Source: Malacoraja senta (lineage: Eukaryota). From it: a DNA stretch of 64,000 bases. Within the stretch, counting starts at the first letter, position 1. Every line of letters starts with the position of its first letter. The notes under the pieces are model-generated. The model saw only the letters and a program-made list of their open reading frames with translations, was not told the DNA's origin and made no database searches. Shown here piece after piece: positions 1-12,081 of the stretch. The position numbers and the translations under genes are program-made. Where the stretch lies: positions 24,988,001 to 25,052,000 of the forward strand of contig CM075987.1 in NCBI GenBank assembly GCA_038087875.1. Reading direction: 5' to 3'.

Positions 1-355
1 AGACTCGTGAGACAGGCCTTTTACAGTAGTTGAGGCAGGGACTATCGCAACGTTTAAGAAACATTTAGAAACATTTAGATAGGTACATGGATAGGACAGG
101 TCCAGAGTGATATGGGCCAAACGCAGGCAGGTGGGACTGGTGTAGATGGGACATACCGGTTGGTGTGGGCAAGTTGGGTGGAACACACACTGTATGACAC
201 TACGACAGATAATGCTTACGAAACTCAGTAAGGTAGGCAGCATCTGCGGAGAGAGATCAAGAATAATGGTTTCAGGTCAATGACATTCAGGAAAGATTAT
301 TCTCTCACTCTCCAGATGCTGACTGATCCGCTGAATATCTCCAGCATAAGTTGTT

Positions 356-359
<4 letters not shown>

Positions 360-392
<33 letters not shown>

Positions 393-401
393 CTCTCTCT
401 C
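360..401. repeat. (CT)n microsatellite
   Basis: Direct reading. Confidence 0.95.
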
Positions 402-826
402 GGATTTTTAGCATCTGCAGTTTTTTTTTGCTTTTTCATGACATTTCCTCGTGGATTTGACACAGATGATTTTCTTGCATCTCAAGTCTTCTTTGAGTTG
501 AACATTTGATGCTCAAATGCTTGAAACATCAGAGATGATTTATTTCTGTTAATCTTACCAGCCATGGCATTTTGTGAACACATGTGGTGGGAGTGAAAGG
601 GAGGTGGGTGGAGGTTGTGAAGAAGCCACCGTGTCCACTACAAGTTCAAATCAAACATGTTACACTAATTCTTCCATTGTCAGCTACCCATACAAGGAAG
701 GATGTTAACTTTCAGTTAAATTCCAAAAGGAAGCTACATATAGCTTGATGACAAAGAATTCAGAGCAAAATCTGCCTAGGCCGTGCTGGGATATTGGGCT
801 GGAATATTTACCCTCAGAACAGGGTA

Positions 827-1133
827 TGGCACGGTGGCGCAGTGGTAGAGTTGCTGCCTTACAGCGCTTGCCGCGTCAGAGACCCAGGTTCGATCGCAAC
901 TACGGGTGTTGTCTGTACGGAGTCTGTACGTTCTCCCCGTGACCACGTAAGTTTTCCCCGGGATCTTGAGTTTCCACCCACACTCCAAAGACGTACAGGT
1001 TCGTAGGTTAATTGGCTTGGTATAAGTGTAAATTGTCCCTAGGGTAGTGTTAATGTGCGGGGATCGCTGGTCGGCGCGGACTCGTTGGGCCGAAGGGCCT
1101 GTTTCCGTGCTGTATCTCTAAACTAAACTAAAC
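827..1133 (+). mobile_element. V-SINE (HE1-like), full length
   Basis: tRNA-like head with A box tggcgcagtgg and B box ggttcgatc, V core cgttctccccgtg...cccacactccaaagacgt, CR1-like tail gggccgaagggcctgtttccgtgctgtatctc(taaac)n. Confidence 0.9.
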
Positions 1134-1594
1134 AACTTTAACACTGAGTATTAACACTCCACCCCACTGACTATCATACCCTCTCTATTGAAGCCCTGAC
1201 ATCCAACACCGCATGATCTCCAGTCCTATCTCAATAAGACTACCTGCAATAATTCCCACAAATGGGTTCCCATTATTTTACAGCCTTGGACAGATCTCTT
1301 ATATTGCTGCAATATTTGAGGGGGGGGGAGGGTGGTGTCCCCCCTACCATTCGTACGGAGCTTTCGCATTTTTCAGCTTGAAATTGTGCAATCTGGTGCA
1401 TACTGTAGCGAGTCTTTTAACTTACACTTGAATGCAATATTTATGCTTAAATTGGATTAGCTATGAATAAAGTTAGGCTAATTTACATTCCTAATTACAT
1501 TCCACAGTAGAGCCAGGCTCTGATCAACAGGTGCAGCACATGAATGATCTAAGTATATTTATGTATGGAAATCAGATTATAATCAAACACTTGG

Positions 1595-1885
1595 CCCATG
1601 GTGACCAACCTGGGTCTCACTACACACCTGGTACTCCTCCTGACCCTGACTCCAGTTGCATACCTGACCCTGAGTCCAGCCTTACACCTGGCCCTCTATT
1701 CCACCCTGATCATAGTTGCTTACCTGCTTAGGTTCCCAGTGCTGAACACTCCCATTGTCCCAGCTTTGACTGCACACCTAGTACTATTCCAGACCTTCAC
1801 TCTGGATGCCCACTTGGCCTTTCTCCTAGCCCCTCTGCACTGACAATATATCTGGCCCACACATAAAGCCCCATATCTGACCACT
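1595..1885. repeat. Degenerate minisatellite-like tract
   Basis: Recurrent acacctgg / cctgaccctga.tccag units with roughly 12/24-nt spacing. Confidence 0.5.
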
Positions 1886-3151
1886 GGACTTAACTTACTA
1901 CGTTCAAGTCCACAGGTGCTTATCTAATGCGGTAATATTTTATGGGACTCTTCACAGACCAAATTTTGTATAACAAAATTTTGTGTAACAAAATTTGCTA
2001 CATCCATTGGCTTCCTTGTTATCTAACATGCTAGTTACTTTGTCAAAGAAGTCATCAATTGGTTGAACACAATTTCTCATCCATAAAATTATACTCACTC
2101 AGCTGTATAAGTATTCTGTTACCATTTCCTTCATTTTCCTAACAAACTGTCCTGGTCATTTTCACCGCCAATATTTTCAGTATTTTGCTGTCTTCCTCTC
2201 AGCTGGAACTTTTCCGAAATGCAAAGTCCAATAACTATATATTTAAGCAATGTTATTCTATTAATAATATTGCTTAAATATTATGTACTCTTGAGTACAT
2301 CATCTTTTCTGTGGTATTCATAACACAACAATGATAAAAATATCTTTGTTTTGAGTGCACCTACCAACATACATACATTATTATATTACAGTTAATATGT
2401 ACCGAGGGAAAATTTTTGTTCCAATGCTCCCCATTCCCAATTACTTTTACATTGAAGTGATTGAAATCTAAGTGAAGTTTAAATGGCATCAGAAAAATAA
2501 AACCTCCGGAATGGATGATATTCATTACGTGGATGGTTGGAGTCAGTATCAGCACAATTACTATATTAAACTTTGAATCTTCAGATGTCCTGGTTTAATC
2601 TAAAACTAAAGACAAATAATAACCTCCTAACACATTCCCCTGCAAGTATATCTGTTCAATCCTTTAAAATATGCCCCTTCTTTGAACAAGCTCTTAAACA
2701 TCGCATCTGAATCAGTTTCCATCTGATTACACTCCTTGAGGATGTTCATCTACGTGTTCAATTAATAAAACAAAGAGATTGGGGACATTTCTATTCAACC
2801 TGTCAAAGGAATTGGGGGGGGGGGGGGTTTAGAAATAGTCAGTGAGCTGCCTTCCCAATAGTCAGCTACCTTCCCAATATTTAACTGAAGGAAATAATGG
2901 GTTATCGTGGCTGTATGTTGTGACACACAGCCTGACACCTTGCATGTCTTTTTAATATTACACTTATCCCATCCCCCTGGATATTGCGGATTAATAAATT
3001 ACGGTTTTGTCAACTAATTACAAATCAGGGTAATTACAAATCAATAACATTAGCCAACTCTGAAACACGAAGCGCTGAGCATTGGGATCCAGACATCACG
3101 GACAACTGGCCTCAGTTGCCCGCTCACATCTGGCAGTGCTCTCGGTCTGAA

Positions 3152-3375
3152 CCAGGGGCCGTGGAGCGTTTTTTAAAGTGGGGGGGGTGGAGCGATCACT
3201 GATCACTGGCCTTTGGGGTACCCGGCGAGGGAGTGGAGCAACCAAGTGGGGGCCGGGTGTAGGAGGAGGGTGTCCCCCCTCCCGGGGTAGGAACTTTTTG
3301 AAATTTGATGTATTAAAATCATGTTTTAGTGCATTGTAGAAGTCTTATTTCAATGTTTTTTGTTTGAAGTATATT
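3152..3375 (+). mobile_element. Probable hAT-type MITE fragment
   Basis: Starts caggggccgtgg, with G-runs and a gggtgtcccccctc palindrome that is also seen at ~1320-1420. Confidence 0.45.
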
Positions 3376-3677
3376 TAAGAGGTAACTTTTTAAGGGGTAA
3401 CTTTTTCCACACAAAGGTTGGTGGGTGTATGGAACAAGCTGTCAGAGGAGGTAGTTGAGCAGGGACTATCCCAACATTTATGAAACAGTTAGACTGATAC
3501 ATGGATAGGACAGGTTTGGAGGGATATGGACCAAAAGCAGGTAGCGTAGCTGGGTGTGGGCAAGTTGCGCTGAAGGGCCTGTTTTCACACTGTATCACTC
3601 TATGACTACATTATACCTCCACCATGCATGAATGCTTCAAAATCAAGTGGTCGAGTTTTATTGCCATATACTCAAGC

Positions 3678-4020
3678 ATAGAAACATATAAAATAGGTGC
3701 AGGAATAGGCCATTCGGCCCTTCGAGCCAGCACTGCCATTCAATATGATCATGGCTGTTCATCTAAATTCAGTACCTCTTTCCTGTTTTTTCCCCATATC
3801 CCTTGATGTCTTTAGCCCCAAGACCTAAATGTAACTCTCTCTTGAAAACATCCAGTGAATTGGCCTCCACTGCCTTCTTTGGCAGAGAATTCCACAGATT
3901 CACAACTCTCTGCGTGTAGAAAGTTTGTCCTCATCTCAGTCCTAACTGGACTACCCTTTATTCTTAAACTGTGACCCCTGGTTCTGAACTCCCCCAACAT
4001 CGGGAACATTTTTACTGCAG
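3678..4020 (-). mobile_element. CR1 3' fragment
   Basis: FPMLGEFRTRGHSLRIKG...RVVNLWNSL region and CR1 3' UTR. Confidence 0.88.
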
Positions 4021-4124
4021 TTACAGTAAGTGAAAATCTAGCAGGCAAGCCGGATGCTTTCTCCAACCACCCCCATTTGAAGGCCACTATCTTCCACCGT
4101 TTCTACCCAGTGCTTGGTACCTAC

Positions 4125-4376
4125 TTCCAGCAGCCACTGGTTGTCCTCCAGGATGCACCGAGCCGCAGCCTGATCCATGCCGGTCACCTGGGCGAATTCA
4201 ACACAGAGACTCTCACGGCAGTGGAGCAACGCTTCCGATGCCTCCGACGGCCCAGGACTCTTGCACTGAGACTGCTCCATGGCCGGAGCTGCAGCGAGCA
4301 ACTTGCCAGCCCGGCAAACACTCGCCAGCCCCGGCTCCCCGTCCGCATCTGTCCCCGCCGCAGCTTCTGCTTCCAT
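4125..4376 (-). CDS. TDP2: TDP2-like (tyrosyl-DNA phosphodiesterase 2) first coding exon, N-terminal UBA-like domain
   Basis: 84 codons from ATG, ending LCVEFAQVTGMDQAAARCILEDNQWLLE, which resembles the recalled vertebrate TDP2 N-terminus (LCVEFASVASCDAAVAQCFLAENDWEME). Followed by a phase-0 donor GAA|gtaggt at 4124. No downstream TDP2 exon recognised in 1-4124. Confidence 0.8.
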
Positions 4377-4415
4377 CCCTCCCTCAGCCCCGGCTCTCCA
4401 ACATCATGCAGTTGA

Positions 4416-4550
4416 TATGAGTTTTGAAATTCTCGTTGATCACAGAATTTCTCACGGCAGAGCGTGATAAATTTGTGATCAGCGTGAGAGAGTGAGAATT
4501 TGGCGAAACGTGTGATTCTCACGCTCAATGCGTGAGAATTGGCAGCCCTG
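4416..4550 (-). mobile_element. DNA transposon (hAT-like) terminal fragment
   Basis: Minus-strand end cagggctgccaattctcacgcattgagcgtgaga with repeated (c)gtgaga subterminal motifs; other end not found. Confidence 0.6.
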
Positions 4551-4830
4551 CAGTGCGGAAACAGGCCCTTTCGGCCCACCGAGTCCGCACGACCAGCGAT
4601 CCCCGCACACTAACTCTATCCTACACACACTAGGGTCATTTTACTATTTTACCAAAGCCTATTAGCCTACAAACATGTGCGTCTTTGAAGTGTGGGAGGA
4701 AACCGGAGCACCCGGAGAAACCCCACGCAGGTCACAGGGAGAACATACAAACTCCGTACAAACACCATCTGTGTTCAGCATCGAACCCAGCTCCCTGGTG
4801 CTTTAAGGCAACAACTCTACTGCTGCGCCC
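4551..4830 (-). mobile_element. V-SINE
   Basis: Reverse complement of the same consensus. Confidence 0.85.
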
Positions 4831-5730
4831 TTGCCGAATGCAATTATTTGTTTGCATTATCAAATGGATATTAAATCAGCTTTCCCCTTCAGCTGCAATC
4901 CTGTTTCAGTTTGTTTGCTAAATAATTTACAAAAAGGGTGAAGTATTAACTATTTCTTTGAAAAATCATGTCTTCAGAGAAATAATTCTACAAAACTTCA
5001 AACGAGAATGGGAATGGGTGGAATTGTTCGGGGTTATTGATTGGGCATGGGTTATTGATTGGGGACGATCAGCCATGATCGCAATGAATGGCGGTGCTGG
5101 CTCGAAGGGCCGAATGGCCTCCTCCTGCACCTATTTTCTATGTTTCTATGTTTCGATAATTAGATGACCCGTTTAAGTTGTAGTTTAGCTGGTTATTAAA
5201 AATTCAAAAGGATTATCATTCAAGTAAAACATGAAATTATGCAATAATTTTGTTATTTCTGAATATCACCTTTTCCACCATCTCTATTTATCCCCCTTCA
5301 TACTACAGTGGGAGCACAAATATAACTTTTCTAAACAATGTCTAAAAGCCATCTCTTCTTTCTACTCTCTTTACACTGAATCCCAAGAGCGCCACTTCAA
5401 TTCTAACAGAACTCAACAACAATTTCCTCCCACCCACTTCAGCTAAACAGTGTGGTCTGCCAATTCACATTTTTAAAACATTCAATCACCTTACAAATGG
5501 TTACGAGATCAAAGTAATTCTTGAGATATAGATGCATGGTTTGGAAACTCGAAAACTTCTGATCTGATTGAAATCGGTGTAAATATGAATCTATCCTGTT
5601 GGTATTGGTACCTATAATTAAATCCTTCACCCCAATCTCTTCATTTTCGTATCCTTCATGTGTCCTTACAATACCTTGTGTTTCAGAGAATAAGAAGCCT
5701 GAAGATGAACGTGCTCATAATCTTTGGTTT

Positions 5731-6025
5731 GGTTTAAAGAGACAGCGCGGAAACAGGTCCTTCAGTCCACCGATTCCGCTCCGACCACCGATCCCCGCAC
5801 ACTAACACCATCCTACACACACACTGGGGACAATTATCGACTTTTACCGCGCCAATAAGCCTACAAACCTGTACGTCTTTGGAGTGTGGGAGGAAACCGG
5901 AGCACCCGGAGACAACCCTCGCAGGTCACAGGAAGAACGTACAAACTCCGTACAGACAGCACCCGTAGTCAGGATTGAACCCGGATCTCCGGCGCTGTAA
6001 GGCAACAACTCTACCGCTGCGACAC
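5731..6025 (-). mobile_element. V-SINE
   Basis: Same consensus. Confidence 0.88.
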
Positions 6026-6602
6026 TGAACCCAACAGAAATATGCCCCGCACTTTATATTTGTTAGTGTATCTATAATTGCTGTAATATTAACTTTACCT
6101 GTTGTCATCCAATTTAAGACAAAGATTGTATACGTACCGTATTTTAAATGATGTATTGTGGTCAATTTATTTCACTCTCCCCCATTACCATTAAAAACTT
6201 CACTGCAATAAATCTCCACAATAAACATGTCGAAATAAAGATTTGGTCTGTTAGCTTTTGTCAAAGCAGGCTGGTTTCAAAGATAGTCGAGGGATATTTG
6301 GAGGAGGGATGAGTGTTTGCTGCACAGTAGGGGAGGATTAACCCTGCTCTTTCCAGCAGAGAGTTTGGATTCTCTTCAAAGTTAATGAAATTCAGTGTCG
6401 AGAATAGTTGAACCATGTTCCAGCAACACCCAGTCGCATATTTTAGATTAAAACCTGAGACTTGAAAGCCTTGGATTTACACTTTAGACTTTGGAGGAAC
6501 AGCACGGATACACACACTTCGGCCCACCGAGTCCGTGCCAAACAGCGACCACCCCGCACACTAGCACGATCCTACACATACTACGGACGATTTACAATTC
6601 GA

Positions 6603-6888
6603 GATCGGCAACTTGCGCGTCCAGGAACGAAAAAGACTGCAAAAAGTCGTGACCACTGCCCAGTCCATCACCGGCTCTGACCTCCCCAGCGTTGAAGGGA
6701 TCTATCGTAGTCGCTGCCTCAAAAAGGCAGCCAAAATCATCAAGGACCCACACCATCCTGCCCACACACTCATCTCACCCCTGCCATCAGGAAGAAGGTA
6801 CAGGAGTCTGAAAACTGTAACGTCCAGGTTCAGGAACAGCTTCTTCCCTACAGCCATCAGGCTATTAAACACAACAGCGAATAAGCTG
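6603..6888 (+). mobile_element. Rex-like LINE RT C-terminal fragment inside a V-SINE, running into the assembly gap
   Basis: ERKRLQKVVTTAQSITG...KDPHHPAHTLISPLPSGRRYRSLKTVTSRFRNSFFPTAIRLLN. Confidence 0.85.
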
Positions 6889-7088
6889 NNNNNNNNNNNN
6901 NNNNNNNNNNNNNNNNNNNNNNNNNNNNNNNNNNNNNNNNNNNNNNNNNNNNNNNNNNNNNNNNNNNNNNNNNNNNNNNNNNNNNNNNNNNNNNNNNNNN
7001 NNNNNNNNNNNNNNNNNNNNNNNNNNNNNNNNNNNNNNNNNNNNNNNNNNNNNNNNNNNNNNNNNNNNNNNNNNNNNNNNNNNNNNNN
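6889..7088. other. Assembly gap (200 N)
   Basis: Run of exactly 200 N, a fixed-size scaffold gap of unknown true length. Confidence 1.
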
Positions 7089-7392
7089 GTGTGGGAGGAA
7101 ACCGAAGTTTCCGGAGAAAACCCACGCGGACACGGGGAGGACGTACAGACAGCAGCCGTAGTCGGGATCGAACCCGGGGGGGTCTTTGGCGCTGTGAGGC
7201 AGCAACTCTACCACTGCGCCACCATGCTGCCATCTTCTTACTGTCTCTTATTACACATGATAAAAATAGTGATCCAAACATGTGCTGAGGCCAACATCAT
7301 GTGCAGCTATTTTGTAATTAGTTCATGGCAGTAAATTGAGTCAAAAAGATTGTTACTTTGCCTCCAAAATGAACTCACAATAAACTGAGGAG

Positions 7393-7662
7393 GACGAAAG
7401 TGCTGGAGAAACTCAGCGGGTGCAGCAGGATCTATGGAGCGAAGGAAATAGGCAACGTTTCGGGCCCGAAACCCTTGGGTTTCGGCCCGAAACGGTGCCT
7501 ATATCCTTAAGGGTTATTTCCTTAAGGGTTGCCTATTCACTTAAGGGTTTCGGGCCCGAAACGTTGCCTATTTCCTTCGCTCCATAGATGCTGCTGCACC
7601 CGCTGAGTTTCTCCAGCACTTTTGTCTACCTTCGATTTTCCAGCATCTGCAGTTCCTTCTTA
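7393..7662. mobile_element. Penelope-derived short inverted-repeat insertion (family A)
   Basis: Arm gctggagaaactcagcgggtgcagcag...aacgtttcgggcc and its reverse complement surround rearranged copies of the core. Similar structures at ~24605-24775, 26340-26475, 36984-37095, 39930-40212, 44915-45170, 45520-45705, 50806-50985 and 60260-60450. Confidence 0.8.
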
Positions 7663-8811
7663 GAAACCAAGGAGAACATTTGATCAAGCTGAAAATAGTG
7701 AATATTGTGCAAATTTGTGCCTTGCCCAAACTCCCCAACTGGGATATTGTTTTTTTATTTTTTGCTGGGAAAAAAAAAAACCTTCCATGAAATTTTTATT
7801 TGATAAGAAATCGGTGCCAGCAGGCTTCTGTGCAGATGAAGGCTTCGGTGAACGGGCTGCTGTGGAGAGATCGTTTGAGAAGTCATGACCTGTATACTGT
7901 GAGCTGGTGCGGTGAAGATGTGGCATCAGTCTATCTAGCGGGCAGCTGGCGGCTGCAAAACGCACAGGTCAGGTCTCCAACGTCCTTCAAGGAGGAGCAA
8001 AACCCCCGATAAAGACTTCTTAAAGCAAGGATGTTCCCTTGTTGTGATTTTCTTCAACGAGGATGTTTTAGTAATTTTTGTTTTAGTTTTAGAGATACAG
8101 CATGGAAACAGGCCCTTCGGGCCACCAGGTCCATGCCGGCCAGCGATCCCCGCACATTAACACTATCCCACCCACACTAGGGACATTAAGCTTGATGGGC
8201 CAAATGGTCTGGTCCTATCACTTATGACCTTATGACCTAATGAGTGGTGCTCAAGTCATTAGAATCAATGTTATTTTTGAAGCAATTATCAGACAATAGA
8301 CAACAGACAATAGGTGCAGGAGTAGGCCATTCGGCTCTTCGACCCAGCACCGCCATTCAATGTGATCATGGCTGATCATCCCCAATCAGTACCCCGTTCC
8401 TGCCTTCTCCCCATATCCCCTGACTCCGCTATCTTTAACAGCCCTATCTAGCTCTCTCTTTGTGACAAGACTGTGCAGATCCATGAGGGTTTTGTACGTT
8501 TTCGTTCACTGCATTTATGTCTCGTCGTTTATGACACGACCACTCCAGTGGTGTTTTTGCGTGAATAGCTTTCATGATTTAGAAGTACAATCAAAACTTT
8601 GAAAGATTTTTGCTGATTTTAAACAGTATAAGCCCTTTCTGATTAATTAAAAAAACGTGGTAAAATGAAAATAATTATGAGACAAACAGGCTTCTCCTCA
8701 CTTGTTTTCTCTGCAGCTTTTCAACCAACGCTGCAATCATTGAGATTAATGATTCCGGATCAAAGTATTAATTCCTCAGCAGGAGGAATTGGGGAGGCCG
8801 ATGGTGGAGTT

Positions 8812-9215
8812 CAGTTCAGTTCAGTTTAGTTTATTGTCACGTGTACCGAGGTACAGTGAAAAGATTTTGTCGCGAGCTAACCAGTCAGCGGAAAGACAAT
8901 ACATGATTACGATCAAGCTGTTCACAGTATACAGATACATGATAACTTGACAAGGGAACAATGTTGAGTGCAAGATAAAGTCTGATCAAGGATGGTCCGA
9001 GGGTTACCAAAGAGGTAGATAGTAGTTCAGGACCGCTTGCTGGTTGTGGTACGATGGTTCAGTTGCCTGATAACAGCTGGGGACAAACTGTCCCTGAATC
9101 TGGAGGTGTGCGTTTTCACACTTCTGTACCTTTTTCCCGATGGGACAGGGGAGAAGAGGGAGTGGCCGGGAGGGGCGACTCGTCCTTGATTACGCTGCTG
9201 GCCTTGCCGAGGCAG
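8812..9215 (-). mobile_element. Rex-like LINE 3' fragment
   Basis: PGHSLFSPVPSGKRYRSVKTHTSRFRDSLSPAVIRQLN plus tail gtgacaataaactaaactgaac. Related pieces at ~20055-20445, 38630-38710 and 63350-63850. Confidence 0.8.
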
Positions 9216-9299
9216 TGACCACCACCAATTATTACTGAGCAAGTTGGTGACTTGCATGTTTGACAATGCATGCGCTGAAGTTCCAGACCTAACATTAAT

Positions 9300-10175
9300 T
9301 TCGAGAGGACTAGCAAATAAAAACAGGGATGTAATGCTGAGGCTTTACAAAGCACTGGTCAAGGGCCTGTCCCACTTTACGAGCTAATTCAAGAGTTCTC
9401 CCGAGTTTCCCCTGATTCGAACTCGGAGAATTACGGTAATAGCCGCTCGTAGGTATTTGGGGCTCTCGTGGAAAAATGTTGAAGAATCTTCACGAGTCTT
9501 CACGAGCTTACCGCATTTCCCGAGAACCTGCCGTTGGCGTTACGAGCCGCTAAGAGACGTCCTGAGCTGCGACGTACCCGCTACGTACATTCTACGTGCT
9601 TACCACGAGTTTGATTTTTTTTCAAATTCGGGAGAGCTCTTGAATTACCTTGTACAGTGGGACAGGCCCTTCAGACCGCATTGGGAGTATTGCGAGTAGT
9701 TTTTGGACCAATATTTGAGGAAGGATGTGCTGGCGTTGGAGAGGGTTCAGAGGAGGTTGATGAGATTTAACCCAGGGATGAGTAGGTTAACATATGATGA
9801 GGGTTTGATGGCACTGGGCATGTACTTGCTGGAGGACGAGGGGGGACCTCATAGAAACTTACTGAACAGTGAAAGGCCTGGATAGAGTGGAGAGGATGTT
9901 TCCACTAGTGGGAGAGTCCAAGACCAGAGGCCATAGCTTCAGAGTAAAAGGATGTACCTTTAGAAAGGAGATGAGGAGGAATTTCTTTAGTCGGAGGGTG
10001 GTGAATCTGTGGAATTCATTGCCACAGACGGCTGTGGAGGCCAAGTCATTGGGTATTTTTTAAGATTGACAGATTCGTGATTAGTAAGAGTGTCAGAGGT
10101 TATGGGGATAAATCAGGTTGACAGGGAAAGATAGATCAGCCATGATTGAATGGCGGAGTAGACGTGATGGGCCGA
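9300..10175 (+). mobile_element. CR1 3' fragment interrupted by a Harbinger MITE
   Basis: RPHWEYC, RVQRR and TRGHS motifs. Confidence 0.85.
9362..9670. mobile_element. PIF/Harbinger-type MITE
   Basis: 15-bp terminal inverted repeats (TIRs) agggcctgtcccact/agtgggacaggccct and a 3-bp TSD tca (9359-9361, 9671-9673), interrupting a CR1 fragment. Confidence 0.85.
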
Positions 10176-10354
10176 GTCTAGAGATATGGAAGGGTAAGGT
10201 GTCAAAACGACAGATCAAAGCAGATGATGATAAAGGAAATGTAGTGTACGGTTTATTGTTAGCTGAGGGGAAGGTGACAACGAGGCACACAATCAGTAAT
10301 ATTTAATCAGGAGGACAGTGAAGCTAATCGGAGAACTAGGATGGGGGAGCAACA

Positions 10355-11105
10355 GACAATAGACAATAGGTGCAGGAGTAGTCCATTTGGCCCTTCGAGC
10401 CAGCACCGCCATTCAATGTGATCATGGCTGATCATCCCCAATCAGTACCTCGTTCCTGCCTTCTCCCCATATCCCCTGACTCCGCTATTTTTAAGAGCCC
10501 TATCTAGCTTTCTCTTGAAAGCATCCAGAGAACCTGCCTCCACCGCCCTCTGAAGCAGAGAATTCCACAGACTCACCACTCTCAGTGAGAAAAAGTGTTT
10601 CCTCGTCTCCGTTCTAAATAATAATAATAATAATAATAATTCATTTTATTTACTGGCGCCTTTCTAACACCCAAGGACACCTTACAAGGCATAGAATCAC
10701 AAAAAATACAAAACACATAATCGGAATAAATTAAATATAAAAACACCACAGTACACAAATCAAGGACAGAATTCAATTACAAAAGCACAAAAAGAAAATA
10801 AGAAACACAATTTGAGGAGAGAGCAGCGGCAGCCAAACCGCGCCAGCGTCCACTCTCCCCTCCGACCGCCATCTTGCACACAGACTAACAGGCACAGCAC
10901 ACAAAATCATCCCCCCACAATGACCACCACTGTGGGGGAAGGCACAATGTCCAGTCCCCAACCCAGTTCTCCCCAGAGTCAGGCCCATCGAGAAATGGCT
11001 TACTCCTTATTCTTAAACTGTGGCCCCTGGTTCTGGACTCCTCCAACATCGGGAACACGTTTCCTGCCTCTAGCGTGTCCAAGCCCTTAACAATCTTTTT
11101 TGTTT
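10355..11105 (-). mobile_element. CR1 3' fragment (interrupted)
   Basis: CR1 tail and RTRGHSLRIRSKPF. Confidence 0.8.
10617..10990 (-). mobile_element. Non-autonomous retroposon with L2-type 3' tail, inserted in a CR1 fragment
   Basis: Minus-strand end aaggtgtccttgggtgttagaaaggcgccagtaaataaaatgaa(tta)n. A shorter copy of the same 3' part lies at ~55695-55890. Confidence 0.65.
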
Positions 11106-11340
11106 CAATGAGAGAGAGAGGGGGAAAGCAAGAGTTACTTGAAGTTAGAGAAATCAATATTCATACCGCTGGGTTGTAAGCTGCCCAAGCAAAATATAAG
11201 GTGCTGTTCCTCCAATTTGCGTTGGGCCTCACTCTGACAGTGGAGGAGGCCCAGGACAGAAAGGTCAAGTGTGGGAATGGGAGGGGGAGTTAAAGTCTTT
11301 GGCAGCAGGAAGATCGTGTAGGCCCAGGCGGACTGAACAG
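11105..11340 (-). mobile_element. Penelope-like element GIY-YIG C-terminal remnant
   Basis: DLSVLGLLHCQSEAQRKLEEQHLIFCLGSLQPSGMNIDFSNF* is typical of vertebrate Penelope ORF C-termini. Confidence 0.85.
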
Positions 11341-12081
11341 AGCTCAACAGATTCAACGGCCGGCTGCTTGTAAAGTTTGCAAGGAGAAATAAATAATCTT
11401 ATGTGGGCGTACCTCATCAAGGATTAATTCACATGTTGTGGCAGCGTGCGATAACTAACAAAATTCACCTCACGTTCCACATGGAAGCAGATGCAAGAGT
11501 TTCAATTTTATTTTTTGCCTTGAGATAAAGTTACTTTTTCGTTGTGTAAAAGTCAAATCCTCATCTGTACCATACTGATAGAAGCAAATGTGTTGCAGTC
11601 TGTGATGCATGAATATAATTTTTAGCCCCTTGAGTGGCTCCAATCGAATTTTGGGCAAGGAATTTTTCTGGTTTACACGACGTGACATTTGGGGCTTGCA
11701 AGTCTGAATTTTATATAAACCCATTTAATTGGTGATGGGAACACAAAGTGTGAGAGGATCTCAGCAAGTCAAGCAGCATCTCTGGAGGACATGGATAGGC
11801 TACATTAGTTTAGTTTAGGAAGGAACTGCAGATGCTGGTTTAAACCAAAGATAGACACAAAAACCTGGAGTAACTCAGCGTTAAAGGCAGCATCTCTGGA
11901 GAGAAGGAATGGATGACGTTTCAGGTCGAGTCCCTTCTTTAGACTCAATGTGTCTGAAGGGACTGTTTCCATCCAGACAAAACTTCCTCCTACTCGCCTC
12001 AGTTTTCCCAACAAGTCCTTACCATGTATCTGTATACTGTAGATGGCGTCAATGTAATCAGGTATTGTCTTTCCACTGATT

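Noticed and set aside
559..637. Minus-strand 79-nt segment with tag| acceptor and |gtaag donor as possible TDP2 exon 2
   Set aside because: Phase-0 translation (WTRWLLHNLHPPPF...) has no similarity to TDP2 exon 2 (RALNSYF...) or to ASTN2.
827..900. tRNA-like A/B boxes (many copies)
   Set aside because: These are SINE heads followed by V core and CR1 tail, not tRNA genes.
5490..5611. Minus-strand exon-like segment (GTNTNRIDSYLHRF...)
   Set aside because: Weak splice signals and no recognisable homology.
7440..7580. Short repeated palindromes resembling a CRISPR array or terminators
   Set aside because: Vertebrate DNA; the repeats are rearranged Penelope terminal sequence with no regular unique spacers.
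7684..8012. Overlapping ORFs on both strands in GC-richer unique DNA
   Set aside because: No homology recognised; cannot be supported as coding.
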